From a virus (lineage: Duplodnaviria > Caudoviricetes): a stretch of DNA of 64,000 bases. A model generated the notes under the pieces. That model was not told where the DNA came from. It searched no databases and saw only the letters and a list, made by a program, of their open reading frames with translations. The translations under genes and the position numbers were made by a program. The DNA is taken from positions 4,351-68,350 of IMG/VR virus record IMGVR_UViG_2639763148_000001; one strand, 5' to 3'. The first letter of the stretch is position 1, and each line of letters starts with the position of its first letter. Shown piece after piece: positions 53,676 to 62,368 of the stretch.

Positions 53676-54440
53676 TCAGACGGCCAGGGCCGCCAGGCCC
53701 GCCTCGGTCAGGGTGACCGGCTGGCCGAGGTGGACGGGCACGGAGGTGTCGCGGACGGCCCAGCCCTTCCGGATGGCGTGCTGGACGAAGTCGAGGCAGG
53801 GATAGCCGCCCTCGGGGCACGGGGCGTCGAAGAGGAGGGCGCTGGCGGTCATCCGGGGGCCCAGGGTCGCGAGGCCCTGAAGGACGAGCTTCATCTCGTC
53901 CGGGATCGCCGCCTCGCGGTCGGGGCGCGCGCGGGTCTCCAGCCGAGCCTCGGCCCAGCCGCGGATCAGGGCGGTTCCGGCCTCGGCGGCGGCCTGTCCG
54001 GGGGTCAGGCCGTGCTCCTGTCCCGACAGGAAGCGGGCGGCCAGCATGCTGGTCGCGGCGGAGGAGGTGAACGCCTCGACCAGGCCCTCCAGGCTGAGGT
54101 GCGGGAAGCTCTCGTGGAGGGACATGGCCGCGAAGGCGGCGATCCGGCCGATTGCGTCGCCGAGCTCGGCGGGGCGGGCGAGGGCGCGGGTGATCAGGAT
54201 GGGCGAGTGGTCGGTGAACCGCTGGCTGGTGCGCAGGGAGGCGAGGGCGGGTCGGCCGTCCTGGGTGGCCTTGTAGGGGATGCCGAGGCGGCCTGCGCGG
54301 AGGCTGATGTCCGACCAGTCCGGGTTCTCGCTGCCGGGGGCGACTGCGGTGGTCATGGTGACGTCCGGGCGGTAGTAGCCCCGGATGGTGTCGCCGGTGC
54401 GGATCTCGCTGGCGGGGATGACGAGGGTGGTGAAGCGCAT
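53676..54440 (-). CDS. Hypothetical protein (254 aa), possible C-terminal wHTH
   Basis: GGGAG SD; ends 'VTLTEAGLAAL'. Confidence 0.65.
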   Translation of the reverse strand: MRFTTLVIPASEIRTGDTIRGYYRPDVTMTTAVAPGSENPDWSDISLRAGRLGIPYKATQDGRPALASLRTSQRFTDHSPILITRALARPAELGDAIGRIAAFAAMSLHESFPHLSLEGLVEAFTSSAATSMLAARFLSGQEHGLTPGQAAAEAGTALIRGWAEARLETRARPDREAAIPDEMKLVLQGLATLGPRMTASALLFDAPCPEGGYPCLDFVQHAIRKGWAVRDTSVPVHLGQPVTLTEAGLAALAV

Positions 54441-54469
54441 GGCGGTGTCTCCCTGTAGGGGTTGGGGTT

Positions 54470-54554
54470 TAGTGGGTAGTCACTATGAATAACGCCTGTG
54501 GGGCGCGTATGGTTCCGGGTTGATTCCGGTGAATCGCAGAAAATCGCAGGTCAG
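54470..54554 (-). promoter_or_regulatory. Class-1 promoter/operator, copy 6
   Basis: GGAAC-N17-CGTT; 17-mer at 54470-54486. Confidence 0.75.
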
Positions 54555-54634
54555 GGGCTTGCTCGGTGAGGCCGGGGCGCCGCTCGACCGGCCGCGAAGG
54601 ACTCGCGGGCCGGTAGCGGCGAGCGTCGCGGCTT

Positions 54635-54985
54635 CTATCCGACGTACGCGACGGGGTTCCGCGAGGGGTGGGGCCAGGGGGCGGGGTGACCCACGCGCGG
54701 GTCGCCGCGCAGCAGCTCCCCCTCGATGGCGTAGCGGACGCGTCCGCCGACGCTGTGCTCGGAGACCCCCGAGATGCGGGCGACCGCGACGACCTTGCCG
54801 TCCAGGTTCACGATCTGCACCTCGTCCTGGGTCAGGGCGTGGTGGGGGTTGAGGGCCCAGACACCGCGGCTGACGGCCCACACCTGGTCTTCGGTCATCC
54901 CGGGGCGCCAGCCGATCACCGCGCGGCACAGGACGTCGTCGGGGCCGGCGGCGGGGCGCTGAATGCCGATCTGAATCTGGAGCAT
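54635..54985 (-). CDS. Hypothetical protein (116 aa)
   Basis: AGGAG SD; 'WAVSRGVWAL...RNPVAY'. Confidence 0.65.
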   Translation of the reverse strand: MLQIQIGIQRPAAGPDDVLCRAVIGWRPGMTEDQVWAVSRGVWALNPHHALTQDEVQIVNLDGKVVAVARISGVSEHSVGGRVRYAIEGELLRGDPRVGHPAPWPHPSRNPVAYVG

Positions 54986-55071
54986 GGTCACTCTCCTGGT
55001 TGGGGTACTCACTGCGGGCGCATAAGCGAGGGAGGGGGAGGGAGCGGGCGGGGCCCGCTCCCAGGTTGGGG

Positions 55072-55650
55072 TCAGCCGCGCTGGCCGGTCCCCTTGAACT
55101 CCTTGCAGGTGAAGGTCCGGTCGGTGTTCCAGGCCGTGTGGTCGGCCAGCCGCCAGCCGCACTCGCACTTCTCCTCGTGCGGGTAGAAGCCGTGCTTGAC
55201 CTTGAAGGCCTTCTTGTCGAGCACAGGCTCCTCGCTCTCGCGCGTGGGGGCCTTGGACGGTGCCGAGGTTTCGGCGGCCTTCGGGGCGTCCTCGATCTCG
55301 AATGAGTCGGTGGCTCCGAGGAAGCGGCGCAGGCCTTCCTGTCCGGCCAGGCGTTCCGCGTTGGAGATGAGGCTGGTGCTCATGGAGAAGCCGTAGGTGA
55401 GGAGGGCTTCCGTGGCTTCCTGGCGCTGCTTGGCGAGGCCTTCGCGGACGCCGTGGCGCTCGATGCGCTTCATGAGGTCGTGCCAGGGCTTGGCCTTGCC
55501 GGCGGTGACCAGGACGGCGTCCATGAGGCCGTCGAGCTGGGCGCCGTCCACGGTGAGCGCGTCGGCCAGGCGGGCGCGCGCGGTGCGGTCTTCGTCGAAG
55601 GCCTTGTTGGCGCGGTTGGTGAGGCGGTGGAGGGCGGTGGTGGTGTCCAT
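55072..55650 (-). CDS. Hypothetical protein (192 aa) with C-terminal Cys/His motif
   Basis: GGGAG SD; CECG...H...C. Confidence 0.7.
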   Translation of the reverse strand: MDTTTALHRLTNRANKAFDEDRTARARLADALTVDGAQLDGLMDAVLVTAGKAKPWHDLMKRIERHGVREGLAKQRQEATEALLTYGFSMSTSLISNAERLAGQEGLRRFLGATDSFEIEDAPKAAETSAPSKAPTRESEEPVLDKKAFKVKHGFYPHEEKCECGWRLADHTAWNTDRTFTCKEFKGTGQRG

Positions 55651-55675
55651 GTCTGGCTCCCGTGGGTTTGTGGTT

Positions 55676-55760
55676 TAGTGGGTAGTCACTATATACAACG
55701 CTTATTCGGGTCTGGTGGTTCCGGGTTGGCGTGAAGATTTCAGAGAAAATCGCAGGTCAG
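55676..55760 (-). promoter_or_regulatory. Class-1 promoter/operator, copy 7
   Basis: GGAAC-N17-CGTT; 17-mer at 55676-55692. Confidence 0.75.
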
Positions 55761-55830
55761 GCGCCTATCGCGTCAAGCCGACCGCACCGGCCGGACTCTC
55801 GCTCTAGTGCCTACCCACTACACTGACGCC

Positions 55831-56121
55831 ATGACGCGCACCGAACTCCCCGCACCCTTCGCCGCCCTCGCCGAGACCCTGGGGAGCGACCCGACCATCG
55901 AGCAGGCCCGCCTCCTCGGCGAGGCCCTCAACTCCGTGCCCGCCTTGCAGAAGTGGCTCCGGGAGCAGAGGCAGGCCACGTTCCGGGGCATCCTCGACGG
56001 CCCGATGACGAAGGAGGATCTGGCGCCGCACGTGGGCCTCACCCCGCAGCGCTGCGCGGACATCGCCAGTGGCCACCTGAACTCGGCTGCACTCGCACGC
56101 AAGGCTCGCAAGGCGGGCTGA
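55831..56121 (+). CDS. Small HTH regulator, probably leaderless; candidate class-1 repressor
   Basis: 'TKEDLAPHVGLTPQRCADIASG' HTH; -10 TACACT at 55819-55824 overlapped by operator variant at 55805-55820. Confidence 0.72.
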   Translation: MTRTELPAPFAALAETLGSDPTIEQARLLGEALNSVPALQKWLREQRQATFRGILDGPMTKEDLAPHVGLTPQRCADIASGHLNSAALARKARKAG

Positions 56122-56180
56122 CGCAGGCTCACCGACACTCTCCGCCGGCGGCCTCCAGCCGTTGCGGACCCGGGCATGCG

Positions 56181-56216
56181 TGAGGGCCCCCGCCAGATCT
56201 CTGGCGGGGGCCCTCA
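56181..56216. terminator. Bidirectional hairpin between convergent genes
   Basis: TGAGGGCCCCCGCCAG-ATCT-CTGGCGGGGGCCCTCA. Confidence 0.8.
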
Positions 56217-56222
56217 AGCCGT

Positions 56223-56729
56223 TCAGCCTGCGGGTGTTGCCGGTCCCGCAACACCCGCCTCGACCGCCGCGTGCAGCTCCTCCGCGAACTCCGGGTCCTG
56301 GTGGGCGCCATGCTCCCGGACCCCGGTGACGTAGTGCCTCAGCAGCAGCGGGGCGTCCCCGTGCCCGTACTGTCCGGCCTCCGCCACGATGAACATCGTG
56401 TCGGCGAGCTCGGGAAGACCCCTCACCCGGTGGAACAGGACGGCGAGGCGGAGCAGCGCGCCCGGGTGATTGTGGTCGACGGCCTGGCCGAGCCACTGGC
56501 CCGCCGTCTCGCTCTCGCCGCGGCGGAGCGCCTTCGATCCCAGCTTGTAGAACGCGTTCGCGTCGCCCACGGCCTCCCGCCGTTCAGGCGACGCCGGGAC
56601 GCCGGCCCAGTCGCCGCCGGGCCGGTCCCAGAAGTCCGGGGGGCCGGAGAGCCGGACGAGGAGAGCGTTCAGCTGGTCGACGGCCGAGCGGGGCGCAGCG
56701 GCGCGCTCGGTGGGGTGTGGGGCGGTCAC
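56223..56729 (-). CDS. Sel1/TPR-like helical protein (168 aa)
   Basis: 'FYKLG...AGQWLGQAVDHNHPGALLRLA'; GTGA overlap. Confidence 0.55.
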   Translation of the reverse strand: MTAPHPTERAAAPRSAVDQLNALLVRLSGPPDFWDRPGGDWAGVPASPERREAVGDANAFYKLGSKALRRGESETAGQWLGQAVDHNHPGALLRLAVLFHRVRGLPELADTMFIVAEAGQYGHGDAPLLLRHYVTGVREHGAHQDPEFAEELHAAVEAGVAGPATPAG

Positions 56730-57022
56730 TTCTTCCACCGGCGGTCGTCGGCGCCCCGCTCGGAAGCGGGGACGTCGGGGCCGGCCGTGGATGCGGTCGC
56801 GATCGAGTAGGCCACGGCTCCGGCGTGGTCGAGGCAGGCGTAGTGCTGGTTCTCCTCGGCCGAGTCGACGAAGTACAGCACCGCGGTGTTCGCGCACATG
56901 CCGCATGAGGGCGGGGCGTCGTCCGGGCCGCTGGTGCGGTCGACGAGGCCGAGGCGGCCCTCGCCGGTCCCGTATCCGCCGCTCATCCGCCGGGCCATCT
57001 CGAGGTCGTTCGGTCCGCTCAT
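56726..57022 (-). CDS. Small Cys-motif protein (98 aa)
   Basis: CGMC...CLDH; GGAGGAG SD. Confidence 0.6.
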   Translation of the reverse strand: MSGPNDLEMARRMSGGYGTGEGRLGLVDRTSGPDDAPPSCGMCANTAVLYFVDSAEENQHYACLDHAGAVAYSIATASTAGPDVPASERGADDRRWKK

Positions 57023-57079
57023 GGGGGTGGGCTCCTCCGGTTCAGATCACTGTCAGGGTAGGGGGCCGGGTGGCCCGGG

Positions 57080-58252
57080 TCAGGCGGTATCGGCGAACAG
57101 GCCGAGCTGTTCGACGCTCGGGGGCGCGGCCGGGAGCGGAGGCACGTGAAGCGGTCGCGCCGGGGCCGTCTTGGGAAGTTCGGCCGGGGCGGTGGGCCGC
57201 TCGGCTTCGGCACGCAGGGCGGTGACGGTCTCGGGGTCCAGGCGGTGCTCGGCGATCTCCTCGGCGGTGGGCACCCAGCCGGCCGGGACCTTGCGACCGA
57301 GGCGATAGGTGATGCCCTGGACCTTTGCCCAGGCCCGCCAGAGACGATCGTCACGCTCCTCCCATGCGTGGGTCTCTTCGATCGCCGCGTACAGCGCCTC
57401 GGTCTCCGCCTTCCGCCGTCGCTCGTCCTCGGCGGCAGCGTGGTCGCGCAGGGCCGCGTGCCGGCCACCGATGAGCGGGCGGAGGGGTTCACGCTCCGCC
57501 TGGCGGTCTTTCTCGATCGGGGTGGGGCGGTAGACCCGCCACAGGAACAGGGCGTCGACGCCGTCCCTGGTGATGCCCACTTGCCGGTGGCCTGGGATGT
57601 ACGGCTCGGTGACTGCGATGAACCCGGCCTTGACGAGCGGGGCGAGGCGGGCGTCGTCGACGCGTGCTCCGGGCCAGCCGGGCCGGGGCCGGTCTCGCAG
57701 GATGCCGTCCTTGTCGTAGCTGAGCCCTGCCGTGCCCGCCATGGCGATGAGGTGGGCCTGCCGCTCGGACCAGCCGAGCGCATCAGCCCGCCTGCGGTTC
57801 AGCTGGCGCTCGCGGGCGGTCTCCAGGAAGCTCGCCGTCTTCGTCCCGGCCGGGGGCAGCTCGGCTTCCGGTGCGGGCGCGGGGGCAGGTTCCGGGCGGC
57901 CCTCGGGCGCGGGGGCTGCAGCCGGGGGCTCGGCCGGGGCCGAGGGCTCCTCGCGCACCCGGGAACCGGTGTTGGCCACGCTGGCCTTCGGGCGGTCGCC
58001 ACCGAAGTAGCGGACCGAGACCCGGAAGGCGAACCCGGCCTCGTCGGCCAGGTGCTCGATCTCGTCGGCGTGGGCAGCGATCGTCTCGTCCGCGTGGCGG
58101 GCGAGGACGAGGACGTAGGTCCCGGTCCGCTCACCGTTGCGGTACTCGCCTTCCACTCGGAAGTCGCAGCCGCGGCCCTGGGTGAGGCCGAGGCCGCGCA
58201 GGATCCGGGCGATGGCCACGGTCGGGGTCCGGGGTGGTGCGGTGGTGCCCAT
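57080..58252 (-). CDS. Hypothetical protein (390 aa) ending in QLGLF
   Basis: AGGAGG SD; first gene after class-1 copy 8. Confidence 0.72.
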   Translation of the reverse strand: MGTTAPPRTPTVAIARILRGLGLTQGRGCDFRVEGEYRNGERTGTYVLVLARHADETIAAHADEIEHLADEAGFAFRVSVRYFGGDRPKASVANTGSRVREEPSAPAEPPAAAPAPEGRPEPAPAPAPEAELPPAGTKTASFLETARERQLNRRRADALGWSERQAHLIAMAGTAGLSYDKDGILRDRPRPGWPGARVDDARLAPLVKAGFIAVTEPYIPGHRQVGITRDGVDALFLWRVYRPTPIEKDRQAEREPLRPLIGGRHAALRDHAAAEDERRRKAETEALYAAIEETHAWEERDDRLWRAWAKVQGITYRLGRKVPAGWVPTAEEIAEHRLDPETVTALRAEAERPTAPAELPKTAPARPLHVPPLPAAPPSVEQLGLFADTA

Positions 58253-58280
58253 GGGGCCTCCTGTCGGTCACTGCATGGTC

Positions 58281-58355
58281 TAGTGGGTAGTCACTATGAC
58301 TAACGCCGGGGACCCCGGAGGGTTCCGGGGTCCGGACATAAAAAGCGCAGGTCAG
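58281..58355 (-). promoter_or_regulatory. Class-1 promoter/operator, copy 8
   Basis: GGAAC-N16-CGTT; 17-mer at 58281-58297. Confidence 0.75.
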
Positions 58356-58403
58356 GCCGTGTCCGGACAGGCGGCCGGATGGATGTCCGGCCGCCTGTCC
58401 GAC

Positions 58404-59333
58404 CTACTCCCGGCCGTCGTTCGCGCCGAGCTCGCGGAGCATGGGCCAGGCCGCCGCCGACGCGGCGGTGAAGGCCTCGCGGTAGGCGTCGGACTTGACG
58501 TCGAGGCCCCGGGTCGCTTCCCGGAACGTGGCGAGCGCCTCGGCCGCGTCGTCGGCCAGGTCGTTCAAGGCCTCGCGCCGGGCGAACTCCGGGCGCAGGT
58601 CGAGCCAGAACAGGGTGCTGTCCTGGGCCGGAACGCCCTCGAAGGACTCGCCGGCGACCACGAACGCGTCGACGGTCTCGCTGTCGGCCATGTACCAGGA
58701 CAGCGCCTTGGCCCACGCCTTCTCGGTGCTGTGGGCCTCCACGACGTAGGCGAGGGGGCCTTCGCCGGCGTGGCGGCCGGGGCCGGCGATGACCACGGTG
58801 AAGGGGCGGGCGCCCTGCCGGTAGTCGTACTCCACGTCGTACATCGGGGTGCGGGCGAACTCGGCCTCGATCCGCGGTACGGTTCCGCGCCCGGCGGCGT
58901 CCTCGCGGATCTCGGCGAGGCGGGCGAGCTGCTGGCTGATGCGCAGCCCGGTGAGCGGGGCCTCGGCCATCGGCCAGACGTTCCGCGCGAGTGCCGTGTA
59001 CGCGGCCCCGGCGAGGACGGTGACGTCCCGGGAGTCGGCCAGGCCGAGCTGGCGGGCCTGGGCCTCCAGGTAGAGGCCGGAGATCGCGCCCCGGTCTCCG
59101 AGGGTCATCTCGTACGGCTTGAGCACCTTGTCGGGGCGGACCAGGCCGTACTTCACGGAGAGGACCAGGACGGTGCCGCCGTCGGCGGTGAGGGCCTCGG
59201 CCGCCGCCCGGCAGGCCTGGAAGTACCCGCCGACGTAGAGCTCGCCGGCCGGGGCGGGCCGGGCCAGCTTCTTCGCTGCGCATCCGCTGATTACGACGAT
59301 GCGCTCGGCGGCGGGGACCGTGATGCGGTTCAT
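58404..59333 (-). CDS. DUF6884-like domain protein
   Basis: 'GCAAKKL..PAPAGELY.G.YF...VLSVKYGLV.P...PYE' N-terminal motif. Confidence 0.65.
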   Translation of the reverse strand: MNRITVPAAERIVVISGCAAKKLARPAPAGELYVGGYFQACRAAAEALTADGGTVLVLSVKYGLVRPDKVLKPYEMTLGDRGAISGLYLEAQARQLGLADSRDVTVLAGAAYTALARNVWPMAEAPLTGLRISQQLARLAEIREDAAGRGTVPRIEAEFARTPMYDVEYDYRQGARPFTVVIAGPGRHAGEGPLAYVVEAHSTEKAWAKALSWYMADSETVDAFVVAGESFEGVPAQDSTLFWLDLRPEFARREALNDLADDAAEALATFREATRGLDVKSDAYREAFTAASAAAWPMLRELGANDGRE

Positions 59334-59429
59334 GTGGGCGTCCTTTCTATCCGGACGGTTGTCCGGGATGGCCGGGCGCCTGACCGGACGGATATCCGGT
59401 CAGACGCCCTCTGGCGGTGTCCGTGCAGG

Positions 59430-59924
59430 TCAGTGGTTGTCCGGGCTGTCCGGGCTCCGGTTGTCGCGCTGTCCGGGCATGCCCGCGTCGGTCACGGCCT
59501 GGCGGCAGGCGGCGCAGGAGGCGTTCCCGCCGTTCCGGTGCTTGTCGGCCGCATGGTCCGCGCCCCGCTGGGCGCAGGCGCCGCACTCGACGCCCTCGTT
59601 CTCGGTGCGGTTCCAGCAGTCCTCGTTCAGGCAGGCGAGCGGGCAGCGGGGGGCGGTGCACCGGCCGTGGACGAGGTAACCGGCGCATCCTCTGGCGAGG
59701 CAGGCCGCGCCGGGCTCTTCGCCGTCCACCTGGAACAGGTCGGGGTCGTCGTCCGTCAGCTGGAGGTCGACGATCCGGTGGCCGTCCCTGCTGACGACCT
59801 CCACCTCCAGCTGCTCACCGCCGGCCCGGGCGAGGAGGGCGCGGGCGGCCACCTCGTCGGAGGCCTCGACCGTGACGAGGACCGTCGCGGCGGACAGGAA
59901 CTGGAACGTGCGGGTTGCGCTCAT
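59430..59924 (-). CDS. Cys-rich hypothetical protein (164 aa)
   Basis: Several CxxC pairs; GGAG SD. Confidence 0.6.
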   Translation of the reverse strand: MSATRTFQFLSAATVLVTVEASDEVAARALLARAGGEQLEVEVVSRDGHRIVDLQLTDDDPDLFQVDGEEPGAACLARGCAGYLVHGRCTAPRCPLACLNEDCWNRTENEGVECGACAQRGADHAADKHRNGGNASCAACRQAVTDAGMPGQRDNRSPDSPDNH

Positions 59925-59985
59925 GCTGGGCTCCGGGGGGGGGGGCGGGCGGCGGGCCCGGGCGGGCCCGCCGAGGTGGGGTGGG

Positions 59986-60678
59986 TCAGGCGGTGGCGGC
60001 GGAGGAGTCGAGGCCGGCGACGAACTCGGCGGCGATGGCCGCGCGGTGCTGGGCGGCCTTCCTGCGGGCCTCGTCGCGGTCTCCGGTGTGGGTGCTGAAG
60101 CCGCACTCGCACAGGGCGGCGCTGCCGCTGCTGTAGACCATCCCGGCGCGGCGGCCGGGCTTGTTCAGCCCGGCGGTCGCCAGGCCGAGGTCGGCGGGGT
60201 GCGACCATCCGGCCGGTTCGGTGGTGTGGGTCCGGTGCGCGCGGGCGAGGAGCGCGAGCCGGGTGACGAGGGTCAGGCGGACCTGGCCGTCGTCGTCGGT
60301 GACGAGGCCCCGGGCCCTGAGGCGGGCGGTCGCTCCCTGGGGGATGCGCCAGATCCCGCAGAGGATCACGCGCTCCTGGTGGTCGCCGAGCCCGTACCGC
60401 GCCTCACTGCTGACGATCAGGTCGAGGTCTCGCACGGTGGTGTCCGTGAGGGCGTTCCCGGCGGGCAGCTGGGGGGCGAGCCTGATCTCCCGGGGGTGCT
60501 CGACGACCTGCTCGCCGCGGAGCTGCCGGTACGTCCAGGTGATTACCGCTCCGCCGTCGGCGGTGGCCTCGATGGTGCAGTCGCGGCGGGCGGCCCGGCG
60601 GAGGATCAGCAGGGCGTGGGCCTCGCTCGCGATGCCCTCGGTGGTGCCTCCCGCGTGGCTGATGGTCTCTCGGAACAT
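59986..60678 (-). CDS. Hypothetical protein (230 aa), wHTH-like segment + C-terminal CxC..H
   Basis: ATG 60678 with AAGGA SD. Confidence 0.65.
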   Translation of the reverse strand: MFRETISHAGGTTEGIASEAHALLILRRAARRDCTIEATADGGAVITWTYRQLRGEQVVEHPREIRLAPQLPAGNALTDTTVRDLDLIVSSEARYGLGDHQERVILCGIWRIPQGATARLRARGLVTDDDGQVRLTLVTRLALLARAHRTHTTEPAGWSHPADLGLATAGLNKPGRRAGMVYSSGSAALCECGFSTHTGDRDEARRKAAQHRAAIAAEFVAGLDSSAATA

Positions 60679-60721
60679 GGCGAGTCCTTCCATGGCGCTG
60701 GTCAGGGGAGGGTGAGCGCGG

Positions 60722-61063
60722 TCAGGCCGCGAGGATGTGCGCGGCGACCCGGTGGAAGCAGGGGTGGAGGGCCTTGAGGCCGGCCGGGCACGAGCAGGCC
60801 TGGCGGGCGGTGAGGTAGAAGGCGGTGCCGTCGCTGCTGACGGTCTTGAAGACCCGGTGGCCGCGGATGGGGACGATGCCGCCGTCCTCGATGAGCTCGC
60901 GGGCGGCTTCCACGCGTTCGGGCTTGAAGCCCTGGAGTTCGCGGGTGGTCTTGCGCACCGCGCGCCTGCACTTGGGGCCGAGGCCGTCCGCCGAGGGCCG
61001 CTTGAGGACCCGTCGGCACTTGATGCACCGGAGGGGGTGGGTCTGGGTCTCCGTTGCATCCAT
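60722..61063 (-). CDS. Zn-finger (DUF6011-like) + SWIM-type protein
   Basis: 'CIKCRR.L...GLGPKC' and 'CSCPAG...CFH'. Confidence 0.7.
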   Translation of the reverse strand: MDATETQTHPLRCIKCRRVLKRPSADGLGPKCRRAVRKTTRELQGFKPERVEAARELIEDGGIVPIRGHRVFKTVSSDGTAFYLTARQACSCPAGLKALHPCFHRVAAHILAA

Positions 61064-61100
61064 GGGGGCCTCGCTTGGGGTGGTGGGTGGTGGTTGGTAC

Positions 61101-61160
61101 ACCTACATCATTTCCGTAATCGACTTTGGATAACCCGTTTTCCAAAATTGATTAGGCAAA
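61101..61160 (-). promoter_or_regulatory. Class-2 palindromic promoter/operator, copy B
   Basis: ACCTACATCATTTCC plus 20-bp imperfect inverted repeat, 10-nt spacer. Confidence 0.65.
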
Positions 61161-61289
61161 GAGTCGGCAAAGGGTGTTTCACCTGCGCGGACACCGTCCG
61201 AGCCCCGCGTCCGGGCGGCGTCCGGACAGCGCGAAGCCCCGCCCTCCGTCGGGAGAGCGGGGCTCGGGTCCGGTGCCGGCCGGGGCGGG

Positions 61290-61799
61290 TCAGTCGGTGC
61301 GGAGCGCCCGGAGCAGGTCCGCCACGGTCTCGACCGTCTCCCCGAAGAGGGTGAGCGCGACCCGGCCGTGCTCCTGGTGGACGCAGCCGCGCAGCTCCCC
61401 GTCGAGGAAGCAGACGTCCTGCTCGAACCCGTCAGCGAGGCTGGCGGCCGTCGGCCACGGCTCGGCCTCGCAGTCGCACTCCTCGTCGTGCGGGCAGTCG
61501 CTGCGGTTCTGGAACCACGCGCTGATCCGCTCGTACTTGGCCGGTTCGAGGACGTTGAAGGACAGGTACGCCTCGTCGCCGAAGGAGCCGGCGAGGATGT
61601 GCGCGCTGACGCCGGGGGCGGCCATCGCGCACCAGGAGCGGATGCCTCCGCCGGGGCCGTACGGCTTGGTGATGGTGCCGCTGCCGCCGTTGGCCTGGAT
61701 CAGGTAGGCGGCGGCGGCGTGGGCGGCGGCGCTGGCCGCGGTGCGGGCGCTTTCGCGGGCCGCCCTGTAGGTGGAGGCGGCGGGCGAGGTGTCGGTCAT
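61290..61799 (-). CDS. Hypothetical protein (169 aa)
   Basis: ATG 61799 with GGAG SD. Confidence 0.65.
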   Translation of the reverse strand: MTDTSPAASTYRAARESARTAASAAAHAAAAYLIQANGGSGTITKPYGPGGGIRSWCAMAAPGVSAHILAGSFGDEAYLSFNVLEPAKYERISAWFQNRSDCPHDEECDCEAEPWPTAASLADGFEQDVCFLDGELRGCVHQEHGRVALTLFGETVETVADLLRALRTD

Positions 61800-61867
61800 G
61801 ACGGTCTCCGGGCTGGTCGGGGTGGTACCGGTGGGGCGGCCCGGGTGGGCCGGGCCGCCGGGGGCTG

Positions 61868-62332
61868 CTACTTGCAGGTGTCGTGCCGGTCGCAGTTGCA
61901 GCGGCCGCAGGCCGCGCACATGAGGTCGGCGGTCAGGCCGCACGCGCCGCAGCCGAAGTTCTCGTCGAGGTCGGCGTCGTCGAGGGCGCCGGTGAGGTCG
62001 ATCAGCGCGTCCTTGTCGAAGCGTGGGAGCGGTCGGCACGTGCCGTCGCAGTACGCGGTCTCTCCCAGGCCGACGTAGAGGCTCTCGTGGCCCTCGCAGG
62101 CCGGGCGGGGCTCGACGCGGATGGTGGCCTCGGCGACGGCGAGGAGGGCGGTGCCGTCGATGTCGGCGCTGGAGCGGGCCGCGCCGACGCGGGTGATCAT
62201 GTCGCGGTCGTCGGTGACCTCCTCACCCTGGGCGCGGGCCACGCCGTAGACGAGGGTGCGCAGGTCGCCGCCGGTGGCGCAGCCGTACGTGCGGTCCTCG
62301 ATGGCGGGGTGCGTGATGGTGACCTGGTACAT
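61868..62332 (-). CDS. Hypothetical protein with C-terminal Cys cluster (154 aa)
   Basis: AAGGAG SD; CGAC...CAACGRCNC. Confidence 0.7.
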   Translation of the reverse strand: MYQVTITHPAIEDRTYGCATGGDLRTLVYGVARAQGEEVTDDRDMITRVGAARSSADIDGTALLAVAEATIRVEPRPACEGHESLYVGLGETAYCDGTCRPLPRFDKDALIDLTGALDDADLDENFGCGACGLTADLMCAACGRCNCDRHDTCK

Positions 62333-62368
62333 GCGGTGCTCCTTCTGCTCTGCTGCTGGGCTGGCGGG

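Noticed and set aside
41243-58297. 17-mer repeats as a CRISPR array or att sites
   Set aside because: They are kilobases apart and always at promoter positions; no cas or integrase gene is in the window.
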